From Octopus sinensis (lineage: Eukaryota), in NCBI RefSeq assembly GCF_006345805.1, contig NC_042999.1, positions 15,624,001 to 15,688,000 on the forward strand: DNA of 64,000 nt, read 5' to 3'. Shown here piece after piece: positions 25,866 to 38,514 of this stretch. The notes beneath the pieces are model-generated. The model saw nothing but the letters and a program-made list of their open reading frames with translations, ran no database searches and was not told the DNA's origin. How positions within the stretch are numbered: the stretch's first letter is position 1; each line of letters begins with the position of its first letter. A program made the position numbers and the translations under genes.

Positions 25866-26446
25866 TATAATATACAGATACATGAAGAATCATGCTACAC
25901 AAATGTCAGTGCTTTGTATAGTAAAACAGTAAATCAAAGATAGTAATAAATGTCAAAGAAATCCAGGAACTTTCTCTGACCATTATGAAACATAGAATAT
26001 GTTGTATTATAAGTGGAAGCCACATAGTGTATTTGATTGATATAAAAATCAAAAACCAAGACATGACAATATACACAAACATCACTTTTAGCCGAATACA
26101 GTCTAAGTTCAGACTAGTAATGATACAGAATCAAGATAGGGTGCCCATATATGCAGAAATTGTGTACGATAATCTAAGATTATAATAATTCTTAAAACAT
26201 TATCTTCAGTCTACTTTAGCCCCAAATAACTGCTGTTTTTCTGTACATTGGGACATTGGTCATACAGCTGAAATGCCACTGTATACAGTTAAACTCTGGA
26301 CTACATTCATAAAAAGAGCATCTGTTTTATAGAAAGTTCTTTAATTAACAATATTGTTTCAAACAAACTTCTACTATAAATAGTAAAAATATGAGATAGG
26401 ATACATGGCTGAAATTGGTCTGTGAACTTGGAAATTCACCATCTCC

Positions 26447-27123
26447 GTGGCAAGCCAAATGAGACCATATTCTCGTGGCCTGTGCCAGGGGCGTAACCAG
26501 CCCACTTATGCATACCTTTTCCTTCTTTGGACACTAAAACTCTGCTTACGAAGACCTGTTGAGGCAAGTGAAATCAAAATCAAAATCAAATTCGATGACT
26601 GGCATCCATGCTAGCAGGGCGCAAAGAGCACCATATGAGTGTGATCATTGACAGAGCGGCTAACCGGCTTCCGTGCCAGTGGCACTTAAAAGGCACCATT
26701 CAAGCGTGATCGTTACCAGCGTCGCCTTACTGGCACTCGAGCCCCATGCTAGTAGGGTGTTAAGAGCACCATCCGAGCGCGATCGTTGCCAGAGCGGTTA
26801 TCTGGCCTCCATGCCGGTGGCACATAAAAGACACCATTCAAGCGTGATCGTTACCAGTATCGCCTTACTGGCACCCGCGGAATGTGTAAAAGATTTGAGC
26901 GAGGTCGTTGCCAGTGCCGCGTGACTGGCCCCGTGCCGGTGGCATGTAAAAGCACCCACTACACTCTCGGAGTGGTTGGCATTAGGAAGGGCATCCAGCT
27001 GTAGAAACTCTGCCAGATCAAGATTAAAGCCTGGTGCAGCCATCTGGTTCACCAGCCCTCAGTCATACGTCCAACCCATGCTAGCATGGAAAGCAGACGT
27101 TAAACGATGATGATGATGATGAT
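26447..27123 (+). mobile_element. 5'-truncated RTE LINE 3' end (family C) with 47-bp flanking duplication
   Basis: Tandemly repeated UTR units and (GAT)n tail; direct repeat at 26400-26446 and 27121-27167 with 2 mismatches. Confidence 0.88.
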
Positions 27124-27662
27124 ACATGGCTGAAATTGGTCTGTGAACTTGGAGATTCACCTTCTCCACATAATCCATATTATCTTACCAACTTCTCATT
27201 CTCTTATCACACACTCAATCTCTAAATTTTGCACAATTCTTCCTCTACAGTTACTCTCACTTCAATTACATGTATGCCTAAACAACTGACCTTTAAAAAG
27301 TTTAAACGGATCATATCAAATTAATTTTATCCACCTAAGAAAATCTGAAAAGGCTAGATTATAAAAAAAATATCTATGCTATAAATAACAGAAAAACAGG
27401 AAGTAAAAAACTGTATAAAATTACAGTGAGAAAACTGAAATGGAATTGTAAAAAGAATACAAAAGGTTGCCATAGGTGTCAGTGTTTTCAGAATATTAAC
27501 ATTATTAAAATGTTAGTACACTGAAAACACTGGATACTTTGTTAATACTTATCATTTTAGATGTTGATATTAATGTTTATTTATTTTTTGATTGAAAATG
27601 TATTTTGAAACACAGTTTATTTTTGCTCTGTCTTCAGTGATGAATACAAACACATAAGAGCA

Positions 27663-27695
<33 letters not shown>

Positions 27696-27909
27696 CTTTT
27701 CTACTCTAGGCACAAGACCCAGGATTTTGGGAGAGGGGGCTAGTCGATTAGATCGACTCCAGTATGCAACTGGTACTTAATTTATCAACCTTGAAAGGGT
27801 GAAAGGCAAGGTCGACCTTGGCAGAATTTGAACTTAGAACGTAAAAACAGATGGAATGCTGCTGAGCACTTCGTCTGGTGTGCTAACGTTTCTGCCAGCT
27901 CACTGCCTT
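27696..27909 (-). mobile_element. SINE family B variant (alternative tail) next to (AAT)n
   Basis: B head and core with tail CTTGTGCCTAGAGTAGAAAAGATT. Confidence 0.85.
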
Positions 27910-29202
27910 GGGTGAACACGACGGTAGTGGGTATAGATATTTAGGGATTTTGGAGCTGGATGACATTCTACACAGAGAAATGAAAGTCAAGGGCAGTGAA
28001 GCATATGAAAAAAGGGTGAAGATGGTGTTAAAATCCAACCTAAATGCCAAAATTTTGATTACCACAATGAATATCTGGGCAGTTGTGGTGGTCAGATATA
28101 GTGTGTCACTCCTCAAATGGATTAAGATGGAAATATCAACACTGGATAGAAGAACGAGAAAGTTGATGACGCTGCATGGGGTGCTACACTCTAAAGCAAA
28201 TGTAAATAGACTGCATATGAAAAGAAAGAATGGTGGCAGAGGTCTAATTAGTATAAAATATCGTATAAGGAGTGAAAGGAGAACGTTTGTCGAGTATCTG
28301 ATAGTGATGAAGACCTGCTGCAATATGCTACGAAAGATATGGGTGTAAATGCAGATGAAATGATAGGCAGGGAAGAGTTTAACCAAAGAGCTGAGAAGAG
28401 AAAAGAAGACCTTCTTTAAACGAGAATGCATGGACAGTTTGAAAGGAATACACAAGACGTTAAGGATAATACAGCATCGGGGGCATGGCTTACATGAGGT
28501 GATTTGAAGCATACCACCTAAAGCCTGATCATTCCTGCACAAGACCAGGCTCTACAAAACTGCTACAAAACTTCTGATACCCAGAACTGCAGACTCTGTG
28601 GAAAGAGTGTGGAAAATGTGACCCACTTGGCAAGTGGATGTGAGAGCCTTGCATAAAAAGAATACAACTGCTGCCATGATAAAGTGTGTGTGTATCATCA
28701 TTGGCTCTTATGCCGTAAATACCAATATGAAGTAACAGAGAATTGGTATGAGCATATACCAAGTAAAACTATGCAGGATGATGGAAAAGTAACAATATTC
28801 TGGGGCTATGATTTTTATGATGGATTGTGTGATTGAACACTGTTGGTCGGATATTGCCATATTGAATAAGGGAGACAAATATTGTCAGATCATTGATGTA
28901 GCCATACCAAATGACATGAATGTTGTGAGTAAAGAGGTTGAAAATATCACCAAGTACTCCGAATTGGAAGTGGAAATGGCAAGACTGTATGGAATGTGAG
29001 AAGTTAATGTAAAAGTGATATCAGTGGTGATCAGAACGTTGGGCTCAATCCCATCGAAGGCAACTGGAAATCCCATGCAAGATTGAGGCCTTGTAAAACA
29101 CAGCCTTACTGAATGCAATGCACATCTTAAGGAAAGTATTATCTGTCTGAGGTCCTTGTTTTGACTTGACTTACAGTTTTACCTACACTGTGTTACAAAG
29201 GA
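27910..29202 (+). mobile_element. R4/Dong-clade non-LTR retrotransposon, 5'-truncated and disabled
   Basis: YRYLG, LDRRTRKLMT, RLHMKRKNGGRGL, MHGQF, AQDQAL, CRLC...H..SGC zinc knuckle, HDKV and IIDVAIP...KYSEL (restriction-like endonuclease), then a (TAA)n tail. Confidence 0.92.
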
Positions 29203-29252
29203 ATAATGATAATAATAATAATAATAATGATAACAATAATTATAATAATAAC

Positions 29253-29302
<50 letters not shown>
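29203..29302. repeat. (AAT)n microsatellite, Dong tail or target
   Basis: Direct reading. Confidence 0.95.
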
Positions 29303-29304
<2 letters not shown>

Positions 29305-29715
29305 GTTTCAAATTTTGCCAGAAATTGACCCCAGTGTTTCATTGGTATTAACTTCATTGACTCTGAAAGGATGAAAGGCAAAGTTGACCTCAGCAGAATT
29401 TGAACTCAGAACATAGTGGCAGATGAAATACTGTTAGACATTCTGTCCAAAGCTCTAACAATCTTATGAGCTTGCCACCTAAATCATAATAATAATAATA
29501 TTAATTCCATTAAATTTTGGCAGCAATTTTGAAAGGAGGGTGCAAGTCAGTTACATCAACTGCAGTACTTATCTGGTATGTTATTTTATCGACTTCTGAG
29601 GGATGAAAGGCGAAGTTGATCATGGTACAATTGGAACTCAAAATGCAGAGCCAAAGGAAATGCTGCTTTGCATTTTGTCCGATGGTCTACCTATTCTGTG
29701 AACTCACTGACCTAA
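29303..29715 (-). mobile_element. Two old family B-variant SINEs separated by (AAT)n
   Basis: GATGAAAGGC(A/G)AAGTTGA core present twice. Confidence 0.7.
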
Positions 29716-29985
29716 TAACTGCAGGGAAATATAATTATGCTAATTAAAATTTCTTTATTTGCCACAATTTCGATAAAGAGAGATTGCAAAAAAAAGCAAT
29801 GAACAAGTAAAGTACCAGTCAAGTACTAGAGTTGATGTAAACAACTTGTCCCCTTCCCCTCAAAATCGCCATGGATTGGCATCCTGTTCAGGAGAAAGTT
29901 GTGATCTTGGTCACATGGGTAACTGGTTTTGTGTACCTTAGGGCTCAAGTAAAATTTTAAAAAAACATATAATACTGTGCATTCT

Positions 29986-30198
29986 TATTTCTTTATTGCC
30001 CACAAGGGGCTAAACATAGAGGGAACAAACAAGGACAGACAAAGGGATTAAGTCGATTACATCGACCCCATTGCATAAGTGGTACTTAATTTATCGACCC
30101 TGAAAGGATGAAAGGTAAAGTCGACCTTGGCGGAATTTGAACTCAGAAACGCTAAGCATTTCACCTGGCGTGCTAATGATTCTGCCAGTTTGCCACCT
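29986..30198 (-). mobile_element. SINE family B
   Basis: 16-bp TSD TAATACTGTGCATTCT at 29970-29985 and 30199-30214. Confidence 0.93.
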
Positions 30199-31172
30199 TA
30201 ATACTGTGCATTCTGGTGAATGGCTCAACTTATTCCTCACAAGTATTATTGTTCTACAACATTTTATATAAAGACCCAATCACCTTATATATACATTTTT
30301 GAACTAGAACAATATTCAGTCCAGGTGCAAGAGGCTCTTACAAATGAACTACATTTCTTGGTGTTTACTAATGTATTTATAATTGTTGTTATTATGTTGT
30401 TTTGTTCTTTATACATGCTGTTTTTATTTCCATAAAAAAAAAAAAAATCTTTAGAAAATGTAATTTACTGCTTTAATGAGAAAACTCTTCATGCTAGAAT
30501 GGCAGCTGTATTGTTATCGCTATGATGGCTGTCATGGCTTGCTCATACCACTCCTTCCCACTTAAATGTCACACTTGTTGAAAATTGTAATAAAACAACT
30601 GTCTGCTAACTGCAGACAAGGTGAAAATAATTATTCCTCCATTAATTACTGGAAACACTGATATTTTTTAAGTCCCTTTTTTTTCAATGATTTGATCTTA
30701 AACAACAATAACAATAAAAATTTCAATTTTTCTCACTTAGAAAAATAGTTTGAAATAAGGTGCATTAATGGCTTATGAAAAAGGTAGTCCAGAGATGATG
30801 ACAACTGCAGATACAAAGAAGGAAATGTTCAGGTAAAATCAAATGAGAAATTCATAAAAAAAAAAGCCTTGTCATTACAGAAAATGTTTCGATGGTAATT
30901 CTATCTCCATTCCATTTATATTAGGCATCAATAACCCTAACTGACATATTAAACACTACTGCAATGAATATAAGCACTATGGTAGGACAATCACTTGTCT
31001 TCTGCACTTGGTGGACCATAAACTAGAGACACTGCTGCAGAAAATACATGGGTTTACAAAAGAAACTTCTAGAATATTTGGGTTTGAAACATGCTATCGA
31101 AGAGAAAATTTAGAACATTAATATCATACTATATAAAGAAACAGTATCAATAAAACTACAATATATACATAT

Positions 31173-31626
31173 ATTTTGATTTTGATTTTGATTTTTTCCA
31201 GTTTCAGCTAATGAGCTGTGGCCATGCTGGGGCACCGCCATTTGGTTTGCTACACGATTTTACCTCACGGATGCTTTTTAGCAAACGCCATCTGATGCAT
31301 GAGAGAGTTCGATGCAGCTGCCCTCATCTGCACCTCCTGCCGTGAAGTTGGTTCATCCGGGGTACCTGACAGGAAGCGATCCAGTCCTACTTTAAAGACA
31401 TCCGCATCTACACCATGCAGGTCCCTCAGGTTCTTCGGGAGGATATTGAAGAGCTGTGGGCCTCTGAAGCCCAGGCTATCACAATATCTTGTCCTTCATC
31501 TTGATGGCAAATTTGGAGTCCTTGGTACTATGCAGTGGCGCCCGGTTCTGGCATTTGTGTGACTCTCGATGCCAAAGTTTGGGACAAGTCCTTCCAGGAT
31601 CTTCCAGATATATATTATGGCATATA
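31173..31626 (-). mobile_element. CR1-like LINE 3' end, probable partner of the family A and tRNA-Lys SINEs
   Basis: YAIIYIWKILEGLVPNFGI...SLGFRGPQLFNILPKNLRD...FKVGLDRFL..PDEP...SNSL; UTR GGCGGTGCCCCAGCATGGCCACAGCTCATTAGCTGAAAC; (ATCAAA)n tail. Confidence 0.9.
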
Positions 31627-31635
31627 TATAGTATT

Positions 31636-32830
31636 ATACTAATACTTAAAAGCAATAAGCCACACATTCTACAACACAAACAAATGAAGGAAAAGTTTAG
31701 AGACTAATATTGTAGGTGCATTAGATAAATATATAAAACAGAGGTAAAAGACCAAAATTAAGTAACTGGTTTCAATACTCAAACTGCTCCAGTTATATGC
31801 TATAGTTATAATAAACTCAATTGGTTACTAAATGAACTAGTGATACCAAACAGGAAACAAGAAATATGACTGCATTTAAAAATTTAAAATCTAGCATAGA
31901 AAAATATATTCATTCTAAATAGAAGCAGATAGGGGCCTTATGCAGCTAGAAAACTATTAGATTATCTCAACTGAAGCACTAAAAATAATACCTTGGAAAG
32001 AATAGTAGAAATCTAATACAAAAAGTTAGAAAACCTGATTAAAAGCCAACCAATGTCTTCAAAGAAGCTAACAAATGCAAAAGAGATGCTGAAATGAAAG
32101 ACAGTTAAGAGGAGAAAGGAAAAAAATAACAGCAAAAACTGTGACAGAGCAAAAAAAAAAAATAATAATAATAGGCGCAGGAGTGGCTGTGTGGTAAGTA
32201 GCTTGCTAACCAACCACACGGTTGCGGGTTCAGTCCCACTGCGTGGCATCTTGGGCAAGTGTCTTCTGCTATAGCCCCGGGCCGACCAATGCCTTGTGAG
32301 TGGATTTGGTAGACGGAAACTGAAAGAAGCCTGTCGTATATATGTATATATATGTATATGTGTGTGTGTTTGTGTGTCTGTGTTTGTCCCCCTAGCATTG
32401 CTTGACAACCGATGCTGGTGTGTTTACGTCCCCGTCACTTAGCGGTTCGGCAAAAAGAGACCGATAGAATAAGTACTAAAAGGTGGTGCTCCAGCATGGC
32501 CGCAGTCAAATGACTGAAACAAGTAAAAGAGTAAAAGAGTAAAAGAGTAATAACTAAGCTGAAATAGGGCTATGTTAAAGTGATAACAAGAAAAACCCCT
32601 GTAAGACCAATATCTGGAAAAATAGACAACACAGAACAGAGTGGAAATAGACAAAGAAACTTTTGAGTACAGGCTAAGAAGCACAAAACTCAAAGCTGAA
32701 ATTGAAAGATTCATGATTGCAGTTCAGAACCAAAGCCTTCTCATCAAAAACTACAAAAAGTATATAATGAAGCAGACTTCATTAAGTAATTGCAGAATAT
32801 GTGAAGATCATAGCACCAATATTTTAAAAG
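31636..32830 (+). mobile_element. Old R4/Dong-like relic interrupted by a family A SINE
   Basis: RGLMQLE and LKAEIERFMIAVQNQSL...NYKKYI...CRICE parallel the 27910 element. Confidence 0.7.
32174..32549 (+). mobile_element. SINE family A
   Basis: Starts GGCGCAGGAGTGGCTGTGTGG, ends (GTAAAAGA)n; short internal deletion. Confidence 0.95.
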
Positions 32831-32859
32831 GTCTTTATATAGAACAAATAAAGAGAAAT

Positions 32860-33080
32860 TTGACCTAATGGTTAAGGTGTTGCACCCAAGATTGAAAGAT
32901 TGTGGTTTCAATTCCCTGAACAGGCAGTGTGTTGTTTCATCTTGATCCAGTTCAGTCATCTGTGATGCTAACCCTGCAACAGACTAGTATCCTGTTCAGG
33001 GGTAACTGTTGCAATCTTGGTCACTTAAATACTGTCAAAACTGAGTTAAGCTCCAACATTCTGAGTCCTAGGACTCATGA
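32860..33080 (+). mobile_element. Old family D SINE
   Basis: Degenerate tRNA head and CCCTGCAACAGACTAGTATCCTGTTCAGG segment as in 22514-22758. Confidence 0.55.
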
Positions 33081-33308
33081 CAGACATAGCACAATATAAA
33101 TGTGTCAAGTCAGAAGAAATTGTCAAACTGAAATTTTAACATAGAAATTCTAACAAATTTCATTAACAGAATAAGGATTACTGAGAAAAAAAAAAAAAGA
33201 AATTTGGTGTGATTTGTGGTGGACTTGTTTTCACTAGTTTAATATTTCTTTTAATGTTTCTCAAATCTTTATTAACATTCAGTTTCTACCTTTCAACATT
33301 ATATTATA

Positions 33309-33707
33309 CTAGCAGTATAGCCCATCGTTGCTTGGGCTTGTTTTCTTTTCAACCCTTTAGTAGTAGAATTTTTGAAAAGTAAAAATTTTGCATTATGTAG
33401 CTTGTTATTCCCCTTAAGTGAACATTTTTCTGGTTGAAATACACCAAAAAATGATGACACAGCAGTCAAAAAATCATACAAAAAGAGGAATTTTCATAGA
33501 AAAAAAGCACCTTTTTGATGTAAATAATTTTTGGTCTTAACATGGTCTGATTTGAATGTTTTCTTCTACAGAAGGAAGAGCAAGCCTTCTTTTATCATAC
33601 TATCAATTTTGGTCAACTTGCACCGCAGGGTCTTGGAGGAGATAGTGTTAGTTGAAGGCTACCAAACCCGCCACACACAGACAACTTCAGCTTTATATAT
33701 AGAGAGA
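33309..33707 (-). mobile_element. Short non-autonomous Helitron (same family as 25486-25865)
   Basis: A|TCTCTCTATATATAAAG 5' end and CTAG|T 3' end on the minus strand. Confidence 0.85.
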
Positions 33708-34802
33708 TTTAGCTATTTTATCATTAGGATACAAATGTTGACATGTTTTTTGTTTCATTTGATAATAATGAGAAATTGAAAAGAAATAAAGAGGGAAAAA
33801 AATGAGAAAAAAAAGGGAAGAAGTTCACAAAAGGATAGCTTCTTTTCTTTTTTGTGTTTCAATTATATAATGAACTGATTATCTCAAATATCAATAATAC
33901 CCAAACTATTTCAATACATGTCAATCTCTTGAAACTGAAATATCATTTGCAGTTTGTAGAGTTTAACACATTAAGTTTAATCTGAATATGACAGTCATGC
34001 TAACTTTTATTCAGCCTTTTTAACAACCAACATTTAGCAGCAATTAACAGAAATGGAATAGAAGGAAAGAAAACAAGTAATGTAACAAGAAAATGAAATC
34101 CATTTTGTGTTTAAGTCTGTGTTCCCAGAGGCGATAAAGAAATATTTACAATTCAAATTTTACATCTGGTAAAGTATGTAATATGACATGAGTAAGAATA
34201 ACAAGGAAATATTCATGTTAGAGGTAATGCAAAATACAAAAACATATTTCAGATGTTTTGCAGTTTGAAATGTACAAATTATTATGGCAATAATAAAAAT
34301 GTCATGTTGTAAACAGACTTTAAGTTAGTGAGTTGTAAAAATCATTTGCTATATAGTAACAGACTAACAATTTCTGAGACTATAAAGAGTTTGTTAGCAT
34401 ACTAGTAACTATAAACAGTTTGTTAGCATACCAGTCTCTCCTCTTTAAGATATTTTAATGATGCAGCTTTAGATTGCATCTGTAGCTATGCATAAGGTTA
34501 CTAATATAATTGAAAATATGCTGCATATCACAAAATAAAAACTTGAATATATTTTCTAATCTTGTTATTTGGAAATAAAATACTATCATTTTATTAATAA
34601 TAAACACTAAAACAACAAACTTAATTTCTTTCACCTCAGTAAGAATTTCCATACATATAGTCTAAAACAAGCATTTGACAATATTTGCCTTGCATTGCAC
34701 TTAATATACAAGACAGAATACAGGTGAAGAAGACTTTTATCATGGAATTGTTTAGAATATAAACCATTCTTTAAGCCACATACACACACATACACATATA
34801 TA

Positions 34803-34885
34803 CTCTTTGCATGAAAACCACCCTGTACATAACTCCATGTCCCCCTACATGGCCTTGCTTTTTGAGCCAAAAAACTAACTTAACT
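34803..34885 (+). mobile_element. CR1 LINE extreme 3' end
   Basis: Same UTR and CTAA-type tail as 59115-59381. Confidence 0.75.
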
Positions 34886-34897
34886 TATATCCATAAA

Positions 34898-35084
34898 TGT
34901 GCCGGTGGCATGTAAAAGCACCTACTACACTCTTAGAGTGGTTGGCATTAGGAAGGGCATTCCAGCTGTAGAAACTCTGCCTGTTCGGATTGGAGTCTGG
35001 TGCAGCCATCTGGTTTGCCAGACCTCAGTCAAATCGTCCAACCCATGCTAGCATGGAAAGCGGACGTTAAACGATGATGATGAT
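34898..35084 (+). mobile_element. RTE LINE 3' UTR fragment (family C)
   Basis: CCATGCTAGCATGG palindrome and (GAT)n tail. Confidence 0.88.
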
Positions 35085-35128
35085 ATGGTTACAAACCAAG
35101 GGATGTTAAAAGCAGGTATATAAAAAAA

Positions 35129-35360
35129 GGCGGCGAGCTGGAAGAAACGTTAGCACGCCGGGCGAAGTGCTTAGCGGTATTTCGTCTGCGTTACGTTGTG
35201 AGTTCAAATTTCGCCGAGGTCGACTTTGCCTTTCATCCTTTCGGGGTCGATAAATTAAGTACCAGTTACGCACTGGGGTCGATGTAATCGACTTAATACC
35301 TATGTCTGTCCTTGTTTGTCCACTCTGTGTTTAGCCCCTTGTGGGTAATAAAGAAATAGG
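35129..35360 (+). mobile_element. SINE family B, full length
   Basis: 16-bp flanking repeat AGGTATATAAAAAAAG at 35114-35129 and 35358-35373. Confidence 0.95.
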
Positions 35361-36208
35361 TATATAAAAAAAGAGAAACAATAAAAGAAACATATATTTC
35401 AAAACTAAGCAGGACTAATTTTGCTATGCCAGAAATAGACCAAGTGTAAAAGATTTTAGAACAACTGAAGGACAGAGTAAAATATGTAATGAAATGGTAA
35501 GTGATTTTGAGAAGCTTATAATTAACTAGGATTATATAGACTTATGTAATAACTTTCTTATTTTAAGAAGTAAATAATGATGTATGTAGATGTGTAAGCT
35601 ATTCTACAATTAAAGGTGTCAACAAGTGCACAACACATATAATTTCAGATCATTTTGATTGGTCCGTTTGTTTCTTTTTCTTTTTGTAAGTAGGAGAATC
35701 TATTTCTTATCAACTTCTTTCATAGTTATTATAATAATTATATTTCAATCGCAAATATGAGTTTAATCTGTATAATTTTTATTTCATAGCAATAATGATA
35801 ATAAACTTCCAATTACAATATATGTTTGAGTTCTTTTTTTTAAATCGATTGATTTCATCAGTGTAATATTGAAATTTAATTTTAAATTCATTTATCTAAG
35901 GAAATCCGATTGATTCATGAATCATGTCCTTTCTTATTTTATTTATTTTCTTCAAAATCAGGTTTGCAAATCAGAAAGGTAGGGAGTGAAAGGTAGAATA
36001 AGGAAGATAAATGCAAATTTTTTTCAATTCAAAAAGATAGAGATATGTATGTGTATAAGCCTCTTTCCCCCTCTTTCTCTCTTACACACATAATGGAAAT
36101 TGTGTGGACAAATGGATGTACAACTGCTACTATTACACTGAGAGCTCTATGAAGATTATCATATTCCAGTCTAGTTCCTGTGTAGTTGTTATCTAACTTC
36201 TCATTCTC

Positions 36209-36243
<35 letters not shown>

Positions 36244-36281
36244 AGTGTGCATGAGAAGAGAAGTGTATATGTGTGCATATG

Positions 36282-36334
<53 letters not shown>

Positions 36335-36398
36335 GAAGGGAGAGAGAGGAATGGAGAGAGAGCAGAGAAGAAGAGAGAAGGTAGGTAAGTAGAATATT

Positions 36399-36760
36399 CT
36401 TTTCTACTCTAGGCACAAAACCCGAAAATTTTGGGGAAGGGTCCAGCAGATTAGATCGATCCCATTATGCAACTGGTACTTAATTTATCAACCCTGAAAG
36501 AACAAAAGGCAGAGTTGACCTTAGCGGAGTTTGAACTCAGAACAGAAAGATGAAATACCTATTTCTTTACTACCCACAAGGGGCTAAACACAGAGGGGAC
36601 AAACAAGGACAAACATATTAAGTCGATTACGTCGACCCCAGTGCGTAACTGGTACTTAATTTATCGACCGCAAAAGGATGAAAGGCAAAGTCGACCTCGG
36701 CAGACAAAATACGGCTTGGCATTTCACCCGGTGTGCTAACATTTCTGCCAGCTCGCCGCC
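36399..36760 (-). mobile_element. Family B heterodimer SINE (one head, two bodies with different tails)
   Basis: A single 17-bp TSD TAGGTAAGTAGAATATT at 36382-36398 and 36762-36778 encloses both bodies. Confidence 0.9.
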
Positions 36761-37134
36761 ATAGGTAAGTAGAATATTGAATTGATTTCATCATATTTTG
36801 TTTTTATCACCACAGGCCTTAATGCAGTTTTCTCTCAATTTTTATTCCAAGTCAGACATTCCAATAAAAGATAATTTTCTGTTGTTTTGAACTTCTTTTC
36901 CTAGATTTCATTTGCAGCAATACTTCATGTACATATACTTCTTAAATTACCAAAATATTTTCAGTTATTTGTGCTCTTCTTACAGTCTCCTTTAAGTTAG
37001 ACAGTGTTACCATCATCACACTTCTGTGAGCCTACAATTAAATGTTGCAAAACGATTTCAAATAATCCTCTGTATTTATAAATGCTGTTTTGATCTGTGC
37101 ATCCATTGTTTTCTTTTTTCACATATGGGAGAGA

Positions 37135-37223
37135 ATTGGGCAAGAGTCTTCTACTATAGCCTTGGGCCGACCAAAGCCTTGTGAGTGGAATTGGTGGACA
37201 GAAACTGAAAGAAGCCCATCATA

Positions 37224-37273
<50 letters not shown>

Positions 37274-37497
37274 CGTGAGTGTATGTTTGTGTGTCTGTGT
37301 TTGTCCCCCCAACATTGCTTGACAACCGATGCTGGTGTGTTTACATCCCCATAACTTAGCGATTCAGCAAAAGAGACCAATAGAATAAGTACTAGGCCTA
37401 CAAAGAATAAGTCCTGGGGGTTGATTTGCTCGACTACAGGCAGTGCTCCAGCATAGCCACAGTCAAATGACTGAAACAAGTAAAAGAGTAAAAAGAG
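37135..37497 (+). mobile_element. SINE family A, 5'-truncated
   Basis: Begins at the TTGGGCAAG segment; typical tail. Confidence 0.9.
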
Positions 37498-38115
37498 AGA
37501 GAGAGACAGATTCTATTTTTGAGTAGTAATAAACAATTTTATTCAATCGCAAAATCATGTTTAACCTGTCATTACTGTTGTGGTTAGAGTGGTGAGGAAA
37601 AATCGCTAGGGTGGTGGAAGAATGGGCCATGCTGCATTTCTCCTGGCTCTTTACCCTCTGTGTTCAAATACCTATAATAACCATATTATTGTGCAAGCAT
37701 TGAGCACTAATGTATTGCTGTATTATAAAAATATATGGCAGTTAAGAAATATCTATCATCGTATTTATAATTAGTACAACTGCAATGACAAATCAACCAT
37801 AATGACAGACATAGGTATATAGAAAATAGCTATACTAAGATTTGTAAATATTGTTATCTTGAGAATTAAAGACATTATTGCACTCAAGGAAGTTGTCTGT
37901 TATCTTAGCATAACATTGAAGTAATTTGCTCCTGCTAAGTCAACAGTAATTACGCTTTTGTTGTTTTGTCATGGAAAATTATATCAGCTTTGTTGTATGC
38001 TGGTGGTCTGTAAGTAGGCGAAACTTCAATATAATTTCCATCTTGTGATTTACAAAGACAGCTAGAGGTTCATATTGTAACTGGTCTCATTGTTGGACTG
38101 CTCAAAGACTGCTCA

Positions 38116-38514
38116 TTTCTCTTTCTCTCTTTTATACTTGTTTCAGTCATTTGACTGCGGCCATGCTGGAGTACTGCCTTTAGTCGAGCAAATCGACCGC
38201 GGGACTTATTCTTTGTAAGCCCAGTACTTATTCTATCGAAGCGCTAAGTGACGGCGACGTAAACGTATCAGCATCGGTTGTCAAGCAATGCTAGGGGGAC
38301 AAACACAGACACACACACAAACACACATATATATACATATATACGACAGGCTTCTTTCAGTTTCCGTCTACCAAATCCACTCACAAGGCATTGGTCAGCC
38401 CGGGGTTATAGCAGAAGTCACTTGCCCAAGATGCCACGCAGTGGGACTGAACCCGAAACCATGTGGTTGGTTAGCAAGCTACTTACCACTTACCACACAG
38501 CCACTCCTACGCCT
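38116..38514 (-). mobile_element. SINE family A
   Basis: Full-length match. Confidence 0.95.

Noticed and set aside
27883-28542. Longest ORF in the track (219 aa, minus strand)
   Set aside because: It is the antisense shadow of the Dong retrotransposon relic.
29166-29381. Poly-Asn / poly-Ile ORFs
   Set aside because: Translations of the (AAT)n microsatellite.
32013-32408. Recurring ORFs such as MSSNARGTNTDT... and MLGGQTQTH...
   Set aside because: Translations of family A SINE copies and their microsatellites, not genes.
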